DNA of 64,000 bases, taken from positions 173,380 to 237,379 of IMG/VR virus record IMGVR_UViG_3300019458_000021; one strand, given 5' to 3'. Below are positions 58,162-64,000 of the stretch, piece after piece. The translations under genes were made by a program, and so were the position numbers. A model generated the notes under the pieces. It made no database searches. It worked only from the letters and a program-made list of their open reading frames with translations, and was not told the origin of the DNA. Positions within the stretch are counted from its first letter, which is position 1, and each line of letters starts with the position of its first letter.

Positions 58162-58309
58162 TCGTGAACGATTTCTTAACGACGTCGCCGCTGGTTTCGA
58201 CAGCGGGTCGATCGATGAAACTAGTTGAGATTATAGACAATGATCATAACGGTTACTGCAATTACGCCAGCAATGTTGGCAAGTTCACACCAATTTACGC
58301 CACACATTT

Positions 58310-58738
58310 TTAACTCCCACAATGATAACCACACTTTGTTTCCGGTTTTTTAACCCGTAGGCGGGCAAAATTTCCATTCGTCCGAAACTGGACGTTCGAC
58401 CCTTTTTCACGCAAGAAGTAGTTCTGGATAATGATAGCCTCTCCCTCCAGCTTGTCTCTTTCTTCAATAGTTGCAACACCTTGGCACAGAGTTTGGCGCC
58501 AGTGAACCAGCTCATGAACAACAATCGATCTACCAACAATGTCTGATTGATCTATATCTTTGCCAATAACAACATCACCACCGTAACACACCGCATAAAC
58601 TTTCCTGTGGTGTTCATTGGCAATTGTTTGCAAAATCACTTGATCGACAACAACGACGTGAGGCATCGTGTCTCGCTGTGGGAGATCAGTGTTTTCAACC
58701 AACCAATTTAGCAGCGAGGCAATCATAATGTCCATCAC
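58310..58738 (-). CDS. HExxH protein, paralog of 63199-63651
   Basis: GRSIVVHELVHWRQ...E.EA..IQN. Confidence 0.7.
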   Translation of the reverse strand: MMDIMIASLLNWLVENTDLPQRDTMPHVVVVDQVILQTIANEHHRKVYAVCYGGDVVIGKDIDQSDIVGRSIVVHELVHWRQTLCQGVATIEERDKLEGEAIIIQNYFLREKGSNVQFRTNGNFARLRVKKPETKCGYHCGS

Positions 58739-59246
58739 AATCCCCTTGTAAGTTGGTCAAACTGAAATTTCATTGTACAGTACTATTAGGGTCAAAACTA
58801 CTTGTTCGAACGTGCAAAGGCAGAACCTTTCTGATAGTGAAAGTTTACTCGACCGCCATTTGCTTTGATCGCTGCAACTTCCTTTTGCGTCAAGCAGATG
58901 TGATATCGCCCTGTGTCGATGTTCCGCTCGTTGCGCACCTGTGCTTCACTGTGACAGAACTTTGCTGTGTTGAAGTCAGCCTGTTGCAAGAAGCTAACGT
59001 GCGTGATTCCGATTGTGATCATGAAAAGTGTAATCATGCGCCTTCCAACATCACACGAAAGAAGCAATCATAGATCTCTTGATTTTGTTCCTTGTATCCT
59101 GTAAACATACAAAAAACCTTGTGATCTACTAAAAATCTTACGATAACTAATCTTTGTACAAAAATCACTAGATGATTTGGTACCCTAATTCCGGAACGTC
59201 TTTTTCGGAAAAATTTGGTTGGACGTATAGTCGATGTTTTAGTGCG

Positions 59247-59750
59247 TCAATTTGTCGTGCTTGTCTCATTGTGTTTCACAAAAGTATGGAAGATTCGTTC
59301 GATTATCTGAGAAAACTCCTTGGTTGTCAATCCCGATTTCATCGTGTTAATTTGAGCACAACACAGAACAACATTTTCTGGAACATAACCGAGTGTGTTA
59401 TCTTTGCGATCAACACAAATGCTCATTCCTCCATTCCGCTGCCGGGTCATTGACTCTCCGCTATAGAAACACCGACCATTTTGCATCTCGAACAATTGCT
59501 CTAGATGTTGCTTATCAATAGTGCATGGGAGATTGGCCGCCATTGCGCGTTCTCTTGCTTGTAGATACCTATACTGGAAGATATTTTCATCTTGCCAGCG
59601 ACTTGAACGATTGCGATATTCTGTTTTGGCTTCTTCCGATAGACCGTCGTATCGACGTTTTACTTTATCGATCGTACATTGTTTGCATCGAGATTTGTTG
59701 CTTTTGTAAAATTGCTGTCGATCAACACATTCACATTGTACACATTTCAT
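59247..59750 (-). CDS. HNH-like homing endonuclease
   Basis: QNGRCFYSG...DRKDNTLGYVPENVVLCC..IN.MKS. Confidence 0.8.
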   Translation of the reverse strand: MKCVQCECVDRQQFYKSNKSRCKQCTIDKVKRRYDGLSEEAKTEYRNRSSRWQDENIFQYRYLQARERAMAANLPCTIDKQHLEQLFEMQNGRCFYSGESMTRQRNGGMSICVDRKDNTLGYVPENVVLCCAQINTMKSGLTTKEFSQIIERIFHTFVKHNETSTTN

Positions 59751-60275
59751 AATAATTACTCCCCAAAAAACTTATTTAGATTTTTTTGTGGAATTGCTTT
59801 TGGGTGAATTTTCGGCTTAAAAAATTTCAACGGCGGTTTTGACAAACACCAAACCTATATTACACCGGCGCCGAGCATCGCCACCTCAAAGATTTCCTTT
59901 CGCCTACGCCTTAGAGGACTTCGTTTGTTGTCAAACGTTTAGGGGAGCCCGATGCTTAGACCTTGCGGCCAACGGCCAGCGGTCTTGATGTCAATACCAG
60001 TGATCATCCTTCGTACACTGCTCCCTGTGCCGGTGGCGTTGCCTTTCAGAACGATCCGTGTCATTACTCGGCCGGCTGCTGGTGGGTGCGCTCCAGGCAG
60101 CTGCCGAACTTCGAGTTCGCCATGCTGGAGGCGAACAGGCCGACGGCCTTCGCCTAACACTTCGATGTGCCATCATCCGCCTTCAGCGTGATCTGGGACA
60201 TGGCACAGCCAGCCAGAAGGATGGTGATGGCAATGATCATTGCTGCTTTCATTTGTTTATTCCTTGTTCCAGTTG

Positions 60276-60358
60276 GGGTATTGTACGCCGATCGGACTTA
60301 GTTGGCAACTACATCTCGCCAGCCGTCCGTTTCTCGCAGGCTAGTCGTTCTTTCTGGA
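60276..60358. repeat. ~83-bp direct repeat, copy 1 (gene end plus promoter)
   Basis: Nearly identical to 61424-61507. Confidence 0.95.
60280..60308 (-). promoter_or_regulatory. sigma70-like early promoter
   Basis: TTGCCA-N17-TACAAT. Confidence 0.7.
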
Positions 60359-60743
60359 ACGCTGTCGCTGGGTCGCTGTATTCGTCGTACACTCGCAGGA
60401 CGAAGTCCCACAGCCCTTCTTCGCCGATCTTGTTGAACCATGCTTGCACGACTGGGCCCAGGATGTCGCTCTCGACGAACTCAGCTTCCGTTGTCGACAT
60501 CCACAGCAGGTCAAACGCGACTAGCGTGATGTCACGAGAATGCCCCTTGCTTTTCCACTGCACGACGTGGTTTGCGGTCAGCCCGGTCACGCCACACTCG
60601 TTCACCAGGCCGGTGGGGATCTCCCCGTCCGCATGCGCTCGAGGCATCAAGATCAAGCACAGCGCCCCAACCAAGACAAACGCCGCAAGCGCGAGCACGA
60701 TTGTGTTGACGATCCGTTCCATACTACTTCGCCTTGCGCGCAT
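60309..60743 (-). CDS. Secreted/membrane hypothetical protein
   Basis: Signal-like N-terminus (AHA-D). Confidence 0.65.
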   Translation of the reverse strand: MRARRSSMERIVNTIVLALAAFVLVGALCLILMPRAHADGEIPTGLVNECGVTGLTANHVVQWKSKGHSRDITLVAFDLLWMSTTEAEFVESDILGPVVQAWFNKIGEEGLWDFVLRVYDEYSDPATAFQKERLACEKRTAGEM

Positions 60744-61194
60744 TGTACACGTACGTGCGGGCGCCGGCTTCCGTCATGCCGAGTTCTTTCTGGAACAGAG
60801 TGGTCAAGTCCTTGTTGCTCATCGTCGGGTTGGCCCGTACGAGTTCCTTCGCGCGCTCGGTCTTGCTCTTGGGCTTGTCTTCGACAGGGTGCGCATCGGC
60901 CTCAGCTTCCGCTTTCGGAGTGAACACCTCGCACAGCCACTTGCTGGTGAGCAGCGAGTCGAGCTGCTGTTGGTCGGTATTCGTCACGTTCATGGGAGCT
61001 CCTTCGAAGGTCCATAACTTGGTACCACGGGCGCCGATCGCTTTGTACTTCATCCAGTGCAACTCTTCGGCGTGCGCGAACAGGATCGGCTCGTGTTCGA
61101 ACTCCTCGAAGATCATTCCGTCACGATGGCTCCACTTACGCTCCGGCGCCACCCGATTCAGGTACTCGACTGCGTCTTGCGCGGTTGGTTTCAT
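60724..61194 (-). CDS. Hypothetical protein with possible C-terminal HTH
   Basis: ELGMTEAGARTY.YN. Confidence 0.6.
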   Translation of the reverse strand: MKPTAQDAVEYLNRVAPERKWSHRDGMIFEEFEHEPILFAHAEELHWMKYKAIGARGTKLWTFEGAPMNVTNTDQQQLDSLLTSKWLCEVFTPKAEAEADAHPVEDKPKSKTERAKELVRANPTMSNKDLTTLFQKELGMTEAGARTYVYNARKAK

Positions 61195-61397
61195 TGTTGT
61201 CCCAATTTAATGAAAGGTTTGTACGTCGCAACGAGCCGCATCAGATGTATTCCGATGATCCACATGCACACCAGCTGCCATCCTGCGACTTGATTGAACC
61301 GCTGCTTGACGATCGTGTTGATGAGGCAGCCACTAACCAGGAGCAAATTGAACGACCAGATCATCACTGCGAACATGTCCGATCTGAAGAAATCCAC
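61191..61397 (-). CDS. Small membrane protein
   Basis: Two hydrophobic segments; AGGAG RBS. Confidence 0.55.
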   Translation of the reverse strand: MDFFRSDMFAVMIWSFNLLLVSGCLINTIVKQRFNQVAGWQLVCMWIIGIHLMRLVATYKPFIKLGQQ

Positions 61398-61423
61398 TTC
61401 AAGCTCCTGTTGTCACACTGATA

Positions 61424-61507
61424 GGGTATTGTACGCCGATCGGACTTAGTTGGCAACTTACATCTCGCCAGCCGTCCGTTTCTCGCAGGCTAGTCGCTCC
61501 TTCTGGA
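61424..61507. repeat. ~83-bp direct repeat, copy 2 (includes TTGCCA-N17-TACAAT on the minus strand)
   Basis: Nearly identical to 60276-60358. Confidence 0.95.
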
Positions 61508-61568
61508 TGATCTTCATCTTACTCCCCTGCGACGAACTTCACGATTTCGACTTCTTCGCCGTCGTTGT

Positions 61569-61838
61569 TCAGATCACGCCACGCAACTCGTCGTCTTCCG
61601 TGACGAAGTAGCTGAGATACTGCTCATCTTCGTCCGTGAGCACAGTCGAGTCGTCGACCATCTGCATCTGAAAGTCGCGCACGTTCTCGTGGAACCGATC
61701 GCCGACACCGAAGTCAGGCGTCTCTTCCGCCAACGGCATGGCATCGTACCAACGCGTGACAAGTATGAGCTGCTTGTAGCTGTCTTTCGGAATCTGCACT
61801 TCACGCATCACGTCTCTCCCAACTGATGATGAGCCCAT
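61569..61838 (-). CDS. Acidic hypothetical protein (start probably ~61808)
   Basis: ORF downstream of a promoter. Confidence 0.55.
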   Translation of the reverse strand: MGSSSVGRDVMREVQIPKDSYKQLILVTRWYDAMPLAEETPDFGVGDRFHENVRDFQMQMVDDSTVLTDEDEQYLSYFVTEDDELRGVI

Positions 61839-61866
61839 TATACACTGATGGGCTCAAATTTGGCAA
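61837..61866 (-). promoter_or_regulatory. sigma70-like promoter with an inverted repeat around the -10 box
   Basis: TTGCCA-N18-TATAAT; tgagcccat/atgggctca. Confidence 0.6.
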
Positions 61867-62142
61867 CTACATGCTCCAATATGATTCGCAGCTGGGATCG
61901 CAGTAGTGCGGCGTGTTGACAGGTATGACGACGTCTTTGCCGCTGATCAGGTTCTTCACGGTTTTCGTCTTCTCGATGTGCTGCGCGAAGTGCTTCGCCT
62001 CGGCAACATCGTACTGAGCGAGATCGAGAAGGTGCTTGCCACATTCGCGTGTCATCCCGGCTTTGGCCGCCCGCTCCGTGGCGTAGCCATCTCGTTTGCC
62101 GAGAAGCAAAGTACTGTCCTTGTGGAAGATGACGTATCTCAT
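61867..62142 (-). CDS. Hypothetical protein
   Basis: Ends NTPHYCDPSCESYWSM. Confidence 0.7.
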   Translation of the reverse strand: MRYVIFHKDSTLLLGKRDGYATERAAKAGMTRECGKHLLDLAQYDVAEAKHFAQHIEKTKTVKNLISGKDVVIPVNTPHYCDPSCESYWSM

Positions 62143-62188
62143 CCTTGCACCTCGCTGAATTCACTGTTCTCCTGCCGAAGCTTCACCT

Positions 62189-62596
62189 TCACGCTTGTAC
62201 TCCTTTCGTAGCTTTCGCGACGGCGATCTCGTTCAGTTGATCGGCGTACTTACAAATGCGAGGATACAAGATTTGGTCGGTTCCTTCCACATCTCCGGTC
62301 GGATTCACACGAGTCTTCTTCGCACGAATTCGCATCCACTTCTCGATCTGCCAGTCGAGCAGAGTCTTGTGCTTGAGGAAGTACTTCGCGGTCAAGCTAC
62401 CGCTCTTCGCATCAGCGCCGCTGAATCCCGCACCGTTGTGGAGGTGGGTGTTGTTCGTGCTTTGCTCGCTCTCGGTTTGACGCTCGAATAGCGCAACCAA
62501 TGCGCGCCCGAGAATCTGGATCTGCTTCTCTTTCGGAGCGGCGACCAGCATCAGGTGCAGGCTCTCTTTGGTCACGATCGGTTGTTGGGCGCTCAT
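62189..62596 (-). CDS. Hypothetical protein
   Basis: LFERQT..EQ....T...NG.GF...DA. Confidence 0.7.
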   Translation of the reverse strand: MSAQQPIVTKESLHLMLVAAPKEKQIQILGRALVALFERQTESEQSTNNTHLHNGAGFSGADAKSGSLTAKYFLKHKTLLDWQIEKWMRIRAKKTRVNPTGDVEGTDQILYPRICKYADQLNEIAVAKATKGVQA

Positions 62597-62628
62597 CTTC
62601 TATCTATCCTGGATCAACTGATGAGGAC

Positions 62629-62656
62629 ATTGTACACAAGTTTGGCAAATTGTCAA
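62629..62656 (-). promoter_or_regulatory. sigma70-like early promoter
   Basis: TTGACA-N16-TACAAT. Confidence 0.6.
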
Positions 62657-63183
62657 CCGTCATCTTTAGTCCACTCTGGCTGCAGCAATTTCAGTGAATC
62701 TATGATGTCCCTCTCACTGAGGGTTGATGAGAAGCCAAACTTGGCCAACGTTGAGACTTTCGTCGGATCGAAATGATCGAAATATGCTTCGACCTCATCA
62801 ATTATCCACTTCGCTTGAAGAAGCGAAGTATGTGGATATGCAACTCGTAACGCTCTCATTGCATCAATTTTGCTGTTTTTTCGCCAAAGTGCATCCGCGA
62901 CGAGCGCATGCCAAGGCTCGTAATTGGCGTGCGAGAATCCACACCCTCGATACGAGTCACGCTTGCGGGCTTCTTCAAGCTCAATTCCACGTACTACTGC
63001 GACGTAATGCGTAGTCGAATTGGGAATCTTTGCATACTCAGCCCGTCGCCACTCACTGATCTGCGCCTCTACATGCAGAGCATAATGGACTAACGCTCGG
63101 CGTTGCTGTGCGTTCATGTTGACATGATAGCCAAACCTCACGATCACATCAACGTTGATCTTTGCGATCTGGCTATTTGACAA
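62653..63183 (-). CDS. Hypothetical protein
   Basis: 176-aa ORF; start uncertain. Confidence 0.6.
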   Translation of the reverse strand: MSNSQIAKINVDVIVRFGYHVNMNAQQRRALVHYALHVEAQISEWRRAEYAKIPNSTTHYVAVVRGIELEEARKRDSYRGCGFSHANYEPWHALVADALWRKNSKIDAMRALRVAYPHTSLLQAKWIIDEVEAYFDHFDPTKVSTLAKFGFSSTLSERDIIDSLKLLQPEWTKDDG

Positions 63184-63198
63184 TCCGTGTGGTCGTGT

Positions 63199-63651
63199 CT
63201 ATTCAGCACGTTCAGAGAAAGAGTCATCCTTTCGCTGCACTGGTCGAAACGGTAGCACATCTTCTGCTCGCAGTGCTGGTGTGAACAGATCCATATAGAA
63301 CGGATTTGGCACACGCGACTTCGATCCGATCGACTCCAAGTACTTGTTTTGGATCTCGTAGGCGATTGCTTCTCGCTTCGCGAGCACGTTCGCTTTGGCT
63401 CGAGGGCACTTGTCCTGTGTGTAATGTACGAGCTCGTGAACAAGCGTTGAACGACCGAGCTCGGTCTTGAGATCAACCATTGGTCCGAGCATTACGTGTC
63501 CGTGGAGACAGATCGCGACAGCAGGTTGCTTGTACAGCCTCTCAATCCGTTGAGATGATTCGTAGGTGACGACTACGTCCTCATCGGACACGTGGATCCC
63601 AACACTCGCGATGAACGCGAATAGTGCGTGGATCAGAGCTTGGTCGACCAT
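63199..63651 (-). CDS. HExxH protein, paralog of 58310-58738
   Basis: GRSTLVHELVHYTQ...E..AYEIQN. Confidence 0.7.
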   Translation of the reverse strand: MVDQALIHALFAFIASVGIHVSDEDVVVTYESSQRIERLYKQPAVAICLHGHVMLGPMVDLKTELGRSTLVHELVHYTQDKCPRAKANVLAKREAIAYEIQNKYLESIGSKSRVPNPFYMDLFTPALRAEDVLPFRPVQRKDDSFSERAE

Positions 63652-64000
63652 GGCGTGTTTACTAGTAATCTAGAACGAACTTGGCCATGATAGTTCCTCA
63701 CCTGGCATGAATCGCGCTAGCATTGTCATTCTCCTTTGTACCAATTCGACAGTTCAGACATTGCTGCACCAGACGACCAATTTGCAGCACGTACCACGTC
63801 ATGGGCCCGCCGGCGGTCATTTGCAGACAGTGCCTGGTGAAAGAGGTGTTGCGTGCGTTCGTAGTACACGATGCTCTTGATCTCCTCTTCCATCGCCTCA
63901 GGGTCGTCGACTTCGATCCTTGTCAGGAGCTCAGAAATGAAAGCATTTACGACGTCATCGAACCGACCGCGTACGAGGAAGGTTCGAAGGGTGACCGAGT

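Noticed and set aside
60058-61017. 319-aa plus-strand ORF
   Set aside because: Antisense shadow of minus-strand genes that have their own RBS and promoters; no recognisable motifs.
1-64000. Bacterial chromosome or prophage origin
   Set aside because: T4-like replication genes, late promoters and dense small ORFs run throughout, with no integrase or host operons; sod, ung, erpA and folE2 are isolated auxiliary genes.

Overview
This window looks like 64 kb of a large T4-related (jumbo) dsDNA phage genome in the standard genetic code. All assignments come from reading motifs by eye; no searches were run. 1-10 kb: replication/recombination genes (intein-bearing nucleotidyltransferase end, UvsY-like, UvsW helicase, N-terminal piece of a split DnaE-like polymerase, tandem GroES, clamp loader, MazG). 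10-35 kb: virion/tail-fibre genes, interrupted by a ~12.4 kb island with five radical SAM/SPASM genes, two 2OG-Fe(II) oxygenases and a 217-aa protein ending in WCHSSCHSSHSSRNRR. That island is the best candidate for an undescribed system: a phage-encoded, RiPP-like (His-Xaa-Ser-type) protein modification pathway. 35-50 kb: the second DnaE piece, SOD, UDG, FolE2, a kinase with a class-3 intein, three tRNAs, two copies of an unrecognised structured RNA, a macrodomain, a QueD-like protein, ErpA and a Pth2-like protein. 50-64 kb: small late proteins and a minus-strand early region with sigma70-like promoters, one of them in a duplicated cassette. A TAAATA motif precedes many late or structural genes.
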